A stretch of DNA of 64,000 nt from Vicinamibacteria bacterium. Its GTDB lineage: Bacteria; Acidobacteriota; Vicinamibacteria; Fen-336; JAGNNV01. The DNA is taken from NCBI GenBank assembly GCA_019694155.1, contig JAIBCN010000002.1, positions 7,768 through 71,767 of the forward strand, given 5' to 3'. This document shows positions 12,573 to 22,307 of this stretch, one piece after another. The notes beneath the pieces were generated by a model. The model saw nothing but the letters and a program-made list of their open reading frames with translations. It was not told the DNA's origin and searched no databases. Positions within the stretch are counted from its first letter, which is position 1. Every line of letters starts with the position of its first letter. The position numbers and the translations under genes were made by a program.

Positions 12573-12633
12573 CGGGCCCAAGCATCGAGCTTTTTCAGAT
12601 GACCTCCATCAGCAAGTCGCCCGTGCGTCCGGC

Positions 12634-14127
12634 ATGAGGCGCGAACTCGTCGTCACTTCTTCTCCCAAGGAAACCCGCGTAGCCCTTCTCGAAGACTCCC
12701 AGGTCGCGGAGTTCTTCATCGAGCGGTCGGAGCACGCCTCCACCGCGGGAAACATCTACAAGGGCCGGGTCAGTCGAGTCCTGCCCGGGATGGGTTCCGC
12801 CTTCGTCGACATAGGCCTCGAGCGCGACGCTTTCATGCACGCCGAGGATGTCTTCGAGGATCTCCCCGAGAACCTCCTCGAGGAGGAAGAGCGGGGCGCC
12901 AAGGCCGCACCGATCGAGGATCTCGTGAGCCCCGGCCAGGACATCGTGGTCCAGGTGGTGAAGGAGTCGCTCGGGACCAAGGGCGCGCGCATCACCGCGC
13001 ATATTTCCCTCCCGGGACGGTTCATGGTCTTCCTGCCCACCGTCGAACACGTGGGCGTCTCCCGGCGCGTTCAGGACGACGAAGAGCGGAAGCGCCTCAA
13101 GAGTTTTCTCAAGGGCATCCGGCGCGAGAACGGCGGGGGCGGCTTCATCGGTCGCACCGCGGCGCTCGGCCGCGACGTGGTGGACCTCGAGCGCGACGCG
13201 CGAAACCTGATTCGAACCTGGGATGAAGTACGCGGCGTCGCCTCGAGAGGCAAGGCGCCGATGCTTCTCTACAAGGAGCCGTCGCTGGTCGAGCGCCTTC
13301 TGCGCGACCTGCTCGGCAAGGACGTCGCCGGCGTGCACGTCGACGATCCCGAACTCCACAAGAAGGTCTACAACTTCCTCGACCGGGTCGATCCCGAGCT
13401 TCTCTCGAAAGTCCGGCTGGTCAACCGGCCCGGCCACATCTTCGACGACTTCGGCATCAACGCCGAGCTCGAGCGCGCGCTCAAGGCCCGCGTTCCGCTC
13501 GAATCCGGGGGCTCGATCGTCATCGAGGAGACCGAGGCCCTGGTCTCCGTCGACGTGAATACCGGCCGGTTCGTGGGCAAGAGCGACCACGAAGAAACCA
13601 TCGTCAAGAACAACATCGAGGCGGCTCGGGAGATCGCGCGACAGCTGCGATTGCGCGACCTCGGCGGCATCATCGTCCTCGACTTCATCGACATGAAGGA
13701 CCGGAAGAACCGCAAGAAGGTCCTGGCCGTGCTCGACGGGGAACTGCGCCGGGATCGCGCGACCAGCCGCGTGCTTTCGGTGAGCGAATTCGGCCTGGTG
13801 ATTCTCACCAGGAAGCGCGTCCGCGAGTCCCTGAGCAAGACCCTTTGCGAGACCTGTCCGGAATGCGGCGGCGCGGGCAGAGTGAAGAGCGTGCCCACCA
13901 TCCTGACCGAGATCTACGACGAAATTCGGAAACTTCCGGCCGAACTCAAGACCCAGAAGCTCACGCTCCGTGCGGCCCCGGCCGTCGCGGGAGTGCTGCT
14001 CGAGGAACGCGACAGTGGTTTCCTGTCCTCGATCTCCAGCCTCCTGTCGGAGCCACTGGGAGTCGAAGCGGACCCCCTGCTCAGCCAGGAGCAGTTCGAC
14101 ATCCTCACCGGCCCGCCCACGGTCTAG
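12634..14127 (+). CDS. rng: Ribonuclease G (Rne/Rng family)
   Basis: GNIYKGRVSRVLPGMGSAFVDIG, VDVNTGRF and GGIIVLDFIDM motifs; ATG at 12634 is in frame with the ORF-track ORF. Confidence 0.93.
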   Translation: MRRELVVTSSPKETRVALLEDSQVAEFFIERSEHASTAGNIYKGRVSRVLPGMGSAFVDIGLERDAFMHAEDVFEDLPENLLEEEERGAKAAPIEDLVSPGQDIVVQVVKESLGTKGARITAHISLPGRFMVFLPTVEHVGVSRRVQDDEERKRLKSFLKGIRRENGGGGFIGRTAALGRDVVDLERDARNLIRTWDEVRGVASRGKAPMLLYKEPSLVERLLRDLLGKDVAGVHVDDPELHKKVYNFLDRVDPELLSKVRLVNRPGHIFDDFGINAELERALKARVPLESGGSIVIEETEALVSVDVNTGRFVGKSDHEETIVKNNIEAAREIARQLRLRDLGGIIVLDFIDMKDRKNRKKVLAVLDGELRRDRATSRVLSVSEFGLVILTRKRVRESLSKTLCETCPECGGAGRVKSVPTILTEIYDEIRKLPAELKTQKLTLRAAPAVAGVLLEERDSGFLSSISSLLSEPLGVEADPLLSQEQFDILTGPPTV

Positions 14128-14513
14128 TCGTTCGCGCGGCCGCGACCACGCCTGGGGGCAAGAGCGCGAAAGAGCAGGGTGAGGAGCTCCTCCTCGCCCA
14201 CCAGGCACCCTGGCTCGATCGCGGTCCGCGTGAAGCGGACGCCCTCGCTCCTGAGACGCCTCGCCTGGAGAGCGCCTCGCCGGTCGGGGAGCAGGATGCG
14301 GCCGCCCGCCCCGACCACCCGGTGCCACGGTGTTTCGTCCTTCCCTTTGAGCGACGCCAGGATCCAGGCCACGGTCCTCGCGCCCCCGATGGGCCGGGCG
14401 AACGTGGCGGCAGCCCGGCCGACCGTTCCATAGCTCGCAGCGCGACCGCGAGGAATCGCGCCTACGATCCGTCGAACGATGCGGGCGGGAGATGGTTGGT
14501 TCGATTCGTCCAT
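14124..14513 (-). CDS. Alkyltransferase-like protein (ATL; MGMT family, YbaZ/Atl1 type)
   Basis: IPRGRAASYGTVG, ARTVAWIL and PWHRVV (Trp at the catalytic Cys position). Confidence 0.85.
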   Translation of the reverse strand: MDESNQPSPARIVRRIVGAIPRGRAASYGTVGRAAATFARPIGGARTVAWILASLKGKDETPWHRVVGAGGRILLPDRRGALQARRLRSEGVRFTRTAIEPGCLVGEEELLTLLFRALAPRRGRGRAND

Positions 14514-14534
14514 CGACGCCGTTCTGCGCCCCGT

Positions 14535-15632
14535 CTAGCGTGGCTCGGGAGTGGGCGTCGGCTTGATCGGGGTATTCGGCACGGTTGTGCGCTCCGGCCC
14601 CGCCGATCCCGTGGTTGTGATCTCCTCGTCGGTGGCCGCGGGCATCGGCGCGGCCTTGGCCTTGTTCCGCCCGATCTGGGTCGGCGCCTCGCGGACATAG
14701 ACGGTGTAAACCGCGTTCTTCTTGAGTTCGGCGATGTACTCGCCATACACCTTCTCGAGCTTCGCGCGAGAGAGCTCCTCCTGGATTCTCTCCTTGACCT
14801 GATCGAACGCCGTCACTTCGTCGGCCAGGCGCTCGCGGACCTTGAGGATCCAGTATCCACCCTCCACCGGAACGGGAGCGGAGACCTCGCCCGGACGCAG
14901 GTTCGCGATGGCGGCGGCGAGGGCGGGATTCAGATCCGCGGGCTCGACCCGGCCGAGGTCGCCCCCCGCGGCCTTGCTGGCGCTGACCGACACCTCGCGA
15001 GCGACCGTCTCGAAGTCCTCACCGTTCTTGAGGCGCGCCGCGGCGGCTTTTGCCGCCTCCGCCGCACCCTCGCCCTTGAGCACGATTTCCATAAGGTGAA
15101 CCGTGGCCTTGCGGGTGAAGTCGGCGCTCTTCCTGCGCTCGTATTCGGTGCGGACATCGGCCTCCGTCACCTGGGCTTTTGGATCAATGTCGCGGGAGCG
15201 AACCTGTCGGACGATCACAGAGCGTTCGATATTGCGGCGGAGGGCTTCCTTGGTGAGTCCCTCCCGCTTGAGCTGGGCCTGGAATTCCTCCTCGGAGGTG
15301 ATGTTCTGCTCCTTCTTGATGTCCTCGATGACCTGGTCGAGGTACTCGGGCCGCAGCTTCAGCCCGAGGGCCATCGCGCGGTCGACGAGCAGGAGTTCCT
15401 CCATGGCTTCGTCGAGGAGCTTCGCGTTGTTCTGCCGAAGAAAGGCCTCGATCTCCGAATCCGGCACCCGGGCGGCCTGGATGGCCGCCATCTGGCGGGC
15501 CTCGAACTCCGAGAGGGTGACGATCTGGCCGTTGACGCGGGCGATGACCCGCTCGATCACGTCGCCATGGACCAGAACGGAAGCGGAAAGGGCCCCCACG
15601 AAAAAAACGCTACCGAGCCGTGACAGCTTCAT
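14535..15632 (-). CDS. surA: SurA-like periplasmic chaperone/PPIase
   Basis: Signal peptide, VIERVIARVNGQIVT SurA N-terminus and a parvulin domain (GGDLG). Confidence 0.8.
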   Translation of the reverse strand: MKLSRLGSVFFVGALSASVLVHGDVIERVIARVNGQIVTLSEFEARQMAAIQAARVPDSEIEAFLRQNNAKLLDEAMEELLLVDRAMALGLKLRPEYLDQVIEDIKKEQNITSEEEFQAQLKREGLTKEALRRNIERSVIVRQVRSRDIDPKAQVTEADVRTEYERRKSADFTRKATVHLMEIVLKGEGAAEAAKAAAARLKNGEDFETVAREVSVSASKAAGGDLGRVEPADLNPALAAAIANLRPGEVSAPVPVEGGYWILKVRERLADEVTAFDQVKERIQEELSRAKLEKVYGEYIAELKKNAVYTVYVREAPTQIGRNKAKAAPMPAATDEEITTTGSAGPERTTVPNTPIKPTPTPEPR

Positions 15633-16419
15633 AGTTCACCTGTGCCTGAGAGACCAGACCATCGATAAGTTGCTTCATCCTTAGACGAGTCTTTGCCTCG
15701 GTCAGGCGGGACTCGATATCCGGCCGCGATTCTGCGAAGGACCGGGTGGCGGGGGCGGTCTTCGCCTCCAGCCGGAGGACATGGTAACCGAAGGAGGTGG
15801 TTACTATGCCTGAGACCTGGCCCGGGGAAAGAGAGAAGGCTGCTTGCTCGATCTCCGGAGGCAGTTCTCCACGGTGAAAGGAGCCAAGCAGGCCGCCGCC
15901 CCGTGCCTGGGGTGACCGGGACCGCGTGCGGGCGAGCAATTCGAAGGAGTTACGGTCTGAATTCAAAATCCGCACGACATCGCGGGCGTCCTGCATCGTC
16001 CCGAGCAGGATCTCCCGGATGGTCACCGATTCCTCCACCCTGGCCACCTCGGGGTGGGCTTCATAGTACGCCCGAGCCTCGCCTTCGGACACCCTCTCCT
16101 GAGAGAGGGCGGAAGCGAGCCACCGCTCCGCCGCCGCGCGACTCTCGCCCGCGTCCGAGACGCCGCTTCGGGCGGCCGCGATGGCGACCACCCGCTCCTC
16201 GACGAACCGCCCGAAAGCCGACGCCCTCATGGCCGGGTCCGAGGTGTCGGTGCCGTTCTTCGCGAGCGGCTCCAGCTCCTTCAGGAACGCGCTGCGTCGT
16301 ATGTCGACGCCCTGGAAGCGCAGCACCACGGGGTCAAGCGGGGCCCGACAGCCGAGCAGGCTCATCGCGAGAAGCCCCGCTCCCGTGCGCACGCATCGCA
16401 TGGTTTCCCGTCTGTTCAC
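15610..16419 (-). CDS. PpiC/PrsA-type peptidyl-prolyl isomerase, probable lipoprotein
   Basis: Lipobox-like SLLGC, GGLLGSF and VTTSFGYHVLRL parvulin motifs; GTG start overlaps the mfd stop. Confidence 0.8.
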   Translation of the reverse strand: MNRRETMRCVRTGAGLLAMSLLGCRAPLDPVVLRFQGVDIRRSAFLKELEPLAKNGTDTSDPAMRASAFGRFVEERVVAIAAARSGVSDAGESRAAAERWLASALSQERVSEGEARAYYEAHPEVARVEESVTIREILLGTMQDARDVVRILNSDRNSFELLARTRSRSPQARGGGLLGSFHRGELPPEIEQAAFSLSPGQVSGIVTTSFGYHVLRLEAKTAPATRSFAESRPDIESRLTEAKTRLRMKQLIDGLVSQAQVNYEAVTAR

Positions 16420-19400
16420 GATTCTTCGATTTTCGCCGAGCGAAGGCGTTCGAGCACCGCTCGGGAGGCATCGAGCGGTGCGCCCTGGGGCAGGGGCACG
16501 GTGAGCGTCTTCCCTTGTGGGCCGAGCTTCGCGCCGGGCCAGGCCGCGATGAGGGTGGCGAGCTTCGCGGGGTCGAGGGGCGGCGCATCGGTGAAGAGCA
16601 GGTCGAGCCGGACCCCAACGCGGTCCACCTTGGCGATGCCGAGGCTCTCCGCAAGGACGCGCAGGCGCGAGTAGGTGATGAGATCGATCGCGTCCTGGGG
16701 CAGGGGGCCGAATCGATCCCGAAGGTCGGCCTCAATCGCCTTGATGTCCTCATCCTTCGCCGCGTCCGCGGCGCGCTTGTAGATCAGGATTCGGTCCCGC
16801 GCCTCCGCGATGTAACCGGCCTTGAGCCTCAGGTCGATCCTCAGGTTGAGCACCGTTCGCTCGGACACGCTCGCTTCGCCGCCCGCCTGCATCTCGCGCA
16901 CCGCGTCCCCGAGCAGCTTCAGGTAGAGATCCAGGCCCACGGCCAGAATGTGGCCGCTTTGCTCTCCGCCCAGGAGGTTACCGGCGCCGCGCATCTCGAG
17001 GTCGAGCGCCGCCAGACGGAAGCCGGACCCGAGATCCGAGAATTCACGAATGGCGGCGAGACGCCGCTGCGCCACCTCGGAAAGAACGCGACCGGGAGGG
17101 ACCATGAGATATGCGAAGGCGGGGCGATCCGACCGGCCGACCCGGCCCCGAAGCTGATAGAGCTGGGCGAGGCCGAATCGGTCGGCCCGGTGAACGATGA
17201 GCGTGTTCGCTCTTGGCACGTCCAGGCCGTTCTCCACGATGGTGGTCGCGACCAGGACATCCGCGCGTCCCTCGACGAAGGCGAGCATGGACTTTTCGAG
17301 CTCGCTGTCCGTCATGCTGCCGTGGCCCACCACAACCCGCGCCTCGGGAACGAGCTCCTTGATCATCGAGGCGAGGGAGTAGATCGACTCGACGCGGTTG
17401 TGGACGACGTAGACCTGACCCTCGCGCTCCAGCTCATGCCGGATGGCGGTGGCGATCAGGTCCTTCGAGAACTTGACCACCATGGTCTGGATGGCCAGGC
17501 GGTCGCGGGGCGGGGTCTCGATGATCGACATGTCGCGCAGGCCCGAAAGACCCATCTGCAGGGTTCTGGGGATGGGCGTCGCGGACAGGGTGAGACTGTC
17601 GATGGATGTCTTCTTCTGCTTGAGCCGCTCCTTCGCGGCCACCCCAAATCGTTGCTCCTCGTCCACGATGACGAGGCCGAGGTCCTTGAACTCCGCGTCC
17701 TTGGAGAGGAGGCGGTGGGTCCCGATGACGATGTCCACGCGGCCTTCGCTCGCACGCTGCAGGATCTCCTTGTTCTCCTTCGTCGAGCGGAGACGAGACA
17801 CCATCTCCGCGGTGACGGGAAAGGGAGCGAACCGCCGCCTGAAGGTCTGGAGATGCTGAAAGGCGAGAACCGTGGTGGGCGCCAGCACTGCGACCTGTTT
17901 GCCGTCTGCCACCGCCCTCATGGCTGCGCGCATCGCCACCTCGGTCTTCCCGTAACCCACATCGCCGCACACCAGCCGGTCCATCGGCGTCGGGGACGAC
18001 ATGTCCGCGAAAACGTCCTCGATGGCCTTCCTCTGGTCCGGCGTCTCCTCGTATTCGAAGGCGTTCTCGAATTCCGACATCCAGGGGGACATGGGAGAGA
18101 AGGCGAAACCATGGCGGGTCTTCCGCTCGGCGTGGACCTTGAGCAGTTCGGCGGCCATGTCGCGCATAGCCCGCTTGACCCGCGACTTGGTCTTGGTCCA
18201 GGCCGTCCCGCCGAGCTTGTCGAGGGAGGGATTGCTGCCCTCGGCCGCGCGATGCTTCTGAATCCGATGGAACGACTCGACGGGAACCCGCAACAGGTCC
18301 CCGCCCTGGTAGCTCACCACCATGAACTCGGCGTCCGAACCGAGGACATGCAGGCTCTCGAGCCCGACGAATCGACCAATGCCGTGATCTTCGTGGACCA
18401 CGTAGTCGCCCGGCTTCAGGTCGCGGAAGTCCGAGAGGAACGAGCGCACCACGTTGCGACGCTTGTGAACGTGGACCTCTTCGGGAAAGACGTCGCCGTC
18501 CGCGAGCAGGCGGAGCCCCGAGTGGGGGAACTCGATGCCCCGGGAGAGATGCCCCGCCCCGATCTCAACGTGCGTGTCTTCGCCGGTGGCGATGCCGCCC
18601 TCGAACAGCGACTCCGCGAGCCGCTGCGCGCGCCCGGGGGTGCCGAGGAGGATGAAGGTCTTTCCCGCTGGCTCCTTGAGGTCCTCGCGAAGGCGCTTGA
18701 GATCGCCGCGATACTGGGCGGCGGGTCGCGAGCCGATGTGGATCGCGGTTTCGGCGGGCGCTATCTCGTGAAGCTCGGTGCGCTCCGGTCGCGTGAGATA
18801 GCTGCGAACGAGGTCGGGGTCCACGAAGGTCTCGAAGGCGCGCGCGGTCCGGGGATCATCGGGGTCGAGATCGGCGTGAAGGGTGGTCTTGACGTGCAGC
18901 GCCCTCTCCATCTCCGCGAGCGCGGGCTCGGGATCGATGACCACGAGCCAGTGCGGAGGCAGGATCTGGGGGATGGCGAGACGCGAGCTGCCCTCGGGCA
19001 CACCGAAGGGGAGCAGGGTCACCTCGTCGATTTCGTGGCGGCGCCTCTGTGTCGAAGGATCGAACTCGCGGAGACTGTCGATGCGATCACCGAAGAACTC
19101 GATGCGCAGCGGCCACAGACGCCCTGGCGGGAAGACATCGACGATCCCGCCCCGGCGCGCGAACGCTCCCGCCTCCACCACCGGGTCCTCCCTCCGGTAG
19201 CCGGCGCCGTCGAGATGGTCGAGCAGCATGTCCACCAGAAGTTCCTCGCCCACGCGGACCGAGAGACGCTTTTGGTTGATCACCTCGGGCGCGGCCACGG
19301 AGTGAACAAGGGCGGGGGCGGAGATCAGCACCGCCCGCACCGCGCCATCCTGCAGGGCCAGCGTTGATTGAGTGCGCTCGTGTTCCTCCGAGGTGGGCCC

Positions 19401-19676
19401 CGTCCCGGCGATCCGGGGCGGCAAGTCCGGAAAGGTCGCGAGTGTTCCTCGAGAGCCGAGCCAGGGGATCAGGGTTTCAGCGTCGCCGGAGAGGTTTTCG
19501 AGGTCCTTCTCGTGAGGCGCCACGAAGACCACGAGTCGTTCGGTGCTCGCGAGCGGAACCAGGAGGCGCGCGAGGCCGAAGAGGCCGGTCACATGGCTGG
19601 TGCGGCCTTCCTCGATCGCGCGCTGCAGCGCGAGGAACCCGGGTTCCCGGTCTAGGAATGAAGCGGGCGACTTCAC
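16416..19676 (-). CDS. mfd: Transcription-repair coupling factor
   Basis: UvrB-like N-terminus (RGGIVDVFP), CarD/TRCF domain, GDVGYGKTEVA, DEEQRFGV and QLRGRVGR motifs; real GTG start at 19676 overlaps the upstream stop. Confidence 0.96.
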   Translation of the reverse strand: MKSPASFLDREPGFLALQRAIEEGRTSHVTGLFGLARLLVPLASTERLVVFVAPHEKDLENLSGDAETLIPWLGSRGTLATFPDLPPRIAGTGPTSEEHERTQSTLALQDGAVRAVLISAPALVHSVAAPEVINQKRLSVRVGEELLVDMLLDHLDGAGYRREDPVVEAGAFARRGGIVDVFPPGRLWPLRIEFFGDRIDSLREFDPSTQRRRHEIDEVTLLPFGVPEGSSRLAIPQILPPHWLVVIDPEPALAEMERALHVKTTLHADLDPDDPRTARAFETFVDPDLVRSYLTRPERTELHEIAPAETAIHIGSRPAAQYRGDLKRLREDLKEPAGKTFILLGTPGRAQRLAESLFEGGIATGEDTHVEIGAGHLSRGIEFPHSGLRLLADGDVFPEEVHVHKRRNVVRSFLSDFRDLKPGDYVVHEDHGIGRFVGLESLHVLGSDAEFMVVSYQGGDLLRVPVESFHRIQKHRAAEGSNPSLDKLGGTAWTKTKSRVKRAMRDMAAELLKVHAERKTRHGFAFSPMSPWMSEFENAFEYEETPDQRKAIEDVFADMSSPTPMDRLVCGDVGYGKTEVAMRAAMRAVADGKQVAVLAPTTVLAFQHLQTFRRRFAPFPVTAEMVSRLRSTKENKEILQRASEGRVDIVIGTHRLLSKDAEFKDLGLVIVDEEQRFGVAAKERLKQKKTSIDSLTLSATPIPRTLQMGLSGLRDMSIIETPPRDRLAIQTMVVKFSKDLIATAIRHELEREGQVYVVHNRVESIYSLASMIKELVPEARVVVGHGSMTDSELEKSMLAFVEGRADVLVATTIVENGLDVPRANTLIVHRADRFGLAQLYQLRGRVGRSDRPAFAYLMVPPGRVLSEVAQRRLAAIREFSDLGSGFRLAALDLEMRGAGNLLGGEQSGHILAVGLDLYLKLLGDAVREMQAGGEASVSERTVLNLRIDLRLKAGYIAEARDRILIYKRAADAAKDEDIKAIEADLRDRFGPLPQDAIDLITYSRLRVLAESLGIAKVDRVGVRLDLLFTDAPPLDPAKLATLIAAWPGAKLGPQGKTLTVPLPQGAPLDASRAVLERLRSAKIEES

Positions 19677-21511
19677 GTCGAAGCGATCGTCCCGCCCTCG
19701 GCTTTCTGGATGAGCGCGGTGGTCGAGCGGTCGGCCACGAGTTCGACCCGGACCACGCGGCCGCCCCAGCTCTCGACTTCCTGCCGGCCCACGATCTTGT
19801 CGAGCGCCCAATCGGCGCCCTTGACCAGCACGTCGGGACGGATCGCGTTGATGACGGCGAGCGGCGTGTCCTCCTCGTAGATCACCACCCGGTCCACGCA
19901 CTCGAGGGCCAGCAGCGCCTCCGCTCTTTCCGCTTCGCCGATCACCGGGCGGGTCTCGCCCTTGATGCGTTTGACCGAAGCATCCGAATTGATGCCGACG
20001 ACGAGGACGTCTCCTTCCGCCCGGGCCTGTTCGAGGAGACTGATGTGTCCGGTGTGGAGGATGTCGAAGCAGCCGTTGGTGAACACCACGCTCCGGCCCA
20101 GGGCCCGGAAGCTGGCGCGGTCGTGGTGGAGGATCTGCAGGGTGTCCGCCTGACGGCGCCGCTCCACCCGCTCCGCCGCGCGCAGTTCGAGTTCGGGTCG
20201 CGCATCGGGCGCCGCGATCTGCAGCGACTCCGAGAAGGCCCAGGTGTGACGCGGCCGGTAGACGCCCACGTCCTTGACCCGGCTGCGAACCCGGAAGGAG
20301 TAGAGCCCGCGGTGATAGTCGTAGGGCGTTCCGTCCCGGCGATGCGCGGCGATGTCGAGGATGTAGCTGCCTTCCACCAGGCGCAGATCCTGGATCTCGA
20401 AGGTGAAACTGAAGGGGCCCGCGGCTCGGGTCGGCTTGAACTCCTCGATGTGGGTGTTCGTCCCGTAGACGGCGGTGCCATCCGCGGTGAAGATCCCGAC
20501 GCCGAAGACGAAGTCCTCCACCGGACTTCGCGCTTCGCCGCTCACCGCCACGCGAAGGGTGTCCCCGGTCACGAAGACGTGAGCCATGCGGTCGGTGTGG
20601 TCGCGGAGGTGGACCTCGTTCAGAACGATCTCCCCGCTTCCCCATCGGCGCTTCTCTTCCGGGGCCTCGCCGCTCACCTTGTCGCTGCTCTCCGCGACCT
20701 CGCGGACCTCCTGCTTGCCCAGGAGCTCGTTCTCCTGACCGGCCACGAAGCTCAAGTAGGCGTCGACCACCCTCTTCGGGTCGCCGGAATCCATGGCTTT
20801 GCCCTTGCGAAGCCAGAGGGCCTCGTCGCACATCTTCTCGACGAGACCCAGGCTGTGAGTCACGATGACGATGGTCTTTCCCCGTCTGCGGAACTCGCCG
20901 ATCTTCTCGAGACACTTGCGGGTGAAGGCTTCGTCGCCGACCGCGAGGACCTCGTCGATGAGGAGGATGTCGGGGTCGACGTGAATGGCGACCGCGAAGC
21001 CCAGGCGCGCGTACATGCCGGAGGAATAGGTTTTCACCGGCGCGTCGATGAAGTCCTTCATCTCCGCGAACTCGACGATCTCATCGAATCGGCGGTTGAC
21101 CTCGGCGCGGGTGAGGCCCAGCATGATGCCGTTAATAGCCACGTTTTCGCGGCCGCTGATCTCGGGATGGAACCCGGCGCCCAGTTCGATCAGCGCGGAG
21201 ACCCGGCCGGACACGTCGAGAGAGCCGCTCGAGGGCTTGGTGATGCCGGAGAGCAGCTTGAGGGTGGTCGATTTCCCGGAGCCGTTTTCGCCGAGGATCC
21301 CGTAGGTGCAGCCGCGCGGGATGTCGAAGGAGACGTGGTCGAGGGCGGTGAAGAGCTCGCTCGGCTTGAGGTCCCGAATGAGCGAGCCGGAGACGATGGC
21401 GCTCTTCAGGGTCGTGAACTGGTTTTTGTGGAGGTACTTCCGGTAGACCTTGGTGAGGCCGCGAGCGGAGATGGCGACTCCTTGTCCGGTGTGGGCGGGC
21501 AGGCCGTTCAT
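19673..21511 (-). CDS. wzt: Wzt-type polysaccharide ABC transporter ATPase with Wzt-C domain, fused to an RfaE/HldE-type heptose-1-phosphate adenylyltransferase domain
   Basis: GENGSGKST Walker A, YSSGMYARLGF signature, LIDEVLAVGD Walker B and Wzt_C (VFGVGIFTADG); continues without a stop into VVFTNGCFDILHTGH, GINSDASVKRIKG and LVKGADW; 612 aa from the ATG at 21511. Confidence 0.9.
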   Translation of the reverse strand: MNGLPAHTGQGVAISARGLTKVYRKYLHKNQFTTLKSAIVSGSLIRDLKPSELFTALDHVSFDIPRGCTYGILGENGSGKSTTLKLLSGITKPSSGSLDVSGRVSALIELGAGFHPEISGRENVAINGIMLGLTRAEVNRRFDEIVEFAEMKDFIDAPVKTYSSGMYARLGFAVAIHVDPDILLIDEVLAVGDEAFTRKCLEKIGEFRRRGKTIVIVTHSLGLVEKMCDEALWLRKGKAMDSGDPKRVVDAYLSFVAGQENELLGKQEVREVAESSDKVSGEAPEEKRRWGSGEIVLNEVHLRDHTDRMAHVFVTGDTLRVAVSGEARSPVEDFVFGVGIFTADGTAVYGTNTHIEEFKPTRAAGPFSFTFEIQDLRLVEGSYILDIAAHRRDGTPYDYHRGLYSFRVRSRVKDVGVYRPRHTWAFSESLQIAAPDARPELELRAAERVERRRQADTLQILHHDRASFRALGRSVVFTNGCFDILHTGHISLLEQARAEGDVLVVGINSDASVKRIKGETRPVIGEAERAEALLALECVDRVVIYEEDTPLAVINAIRPDVLVKGADWALDKIVGRQEVESWGGRVVRVELVADRSTTALIQKAEGGTIAST

Positions 21512-22293
21512 AGCTCTTCCGCCAGCGCGTCGCGAAGACGGTCGAAGAGAAAACAGCCGAACGCGAAGACCAGGATGGCCACGAGCGCCGAGGCCCCGAG
21601 GCCGGCCCAGTGGTCGAAGCGTCCCTCGAAGAGCATTTGCTGGTAGCTCACCACGATGTGGCTCATCGGATTGAGGCGAAGCAGGGTCTTGAAGGGGCCG
21701 TCGATGGAACCGTACATGTACAGGATGGGAGACCCGAAGAACCACAGCCGGAAGAGGTGCCCGATGATGTTGCTCAGGTCGCGAAAGTGAACGGTGAGCG
21801 CCGAAAGGGCGAGGGCGAGGCCGAGGGCCATCACGAACTGCACGAGCAGCGGAAGGGGAAAGAGAAGCGCGGCGGGGGAGAGCCGCTGATTCCAGACGAC
21901 GAAGAACAGGAGGATGGGAACGGACAGCAGGAAATTGAAGAGGTTCGTGATGACCGCGACCGTGGGCAGGATCTCGGGCGGGAACAGGACCTTCTTGAGC
22001 AGTCCCCCGCTGCTCACCAGCACCGAGGAGGCTTCGAGGACGGCGGCCTCGAAGAAGCTCCAGGGGAGGATGCCGCAGGCGAAGAAGAGCAGGTAGGGCT
22101 CCATCTCCTTCGCCCTCTGGCCGGGCAGCATGTACCCGAAGACCACGCCGTAGGTGAGGAGGTTCAACAGGGGATTGATGAAACTCCACACGAACCCGAG
22201 CACGCTCCCCCGGTAGCGCGCCTTGAGCTCACGCGAGACAAGGCTCTCGATGAGGGCCCTGTAGCGGAAGAGCGTCTTTATCTGGGCGAGGAT
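21508..22293 (-). CDS. wzm: Wzm ABC-2 type polysaccharide exporter permease (probable non-canonical start)
   Basis: LFRYRALIESLVSRELKARYRGSVLGFVWSFINP and LNPMSHIVVSYQ motifs. Homology extends 30 codons upstream of the first GTG (22203); candidate starts are ATC 22293 or CTG 22311. Confidence 0.88.
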   Translation of the reverse strand: MLAQIKTLFRYRALIESLVSRELKARYRGSVLGFVWSFINPLLNLLTYGVVFGYMLPGQRAKEMEPYLLFFACGILPWSFFEAAVLEASSVLVSSGGLLKKVLFPPEILPTVAVITNLFNFLLSVPILLFFVVWNQRLSPAALLFPLPLLVQFVMALGLALALSALTVHFRDLSNIIGHLFRLWFFGSPILYMYGSIDGPFKTLLRLNPMSHIVVSYQQMLFEGRFDHWAGLGASALVAILVFAFGCFLFDRLRDALAEEL

Positions 22294-22307
22294 CTGCGGC
22301 CTCGCGC

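Noticed and set aside
9663-12581. 972-aa minus-strand ORF
   Set aside because: It is the antisense shadow of mrdA-rodA; high GC at third positions suppresses stops, and it has no motifs.
16416-20915. 1499-aa 'extended Mfd' and 838-aa 'extended Wzt' in the ORF track
   Set aside because: The N-terminal extensions are out-of-frame readings of the upstream genes. The real starts (19676 and 21511) overlap the upstream stops by 4 nt. Unlike the Wzt-RfaE join, they are not fusions.
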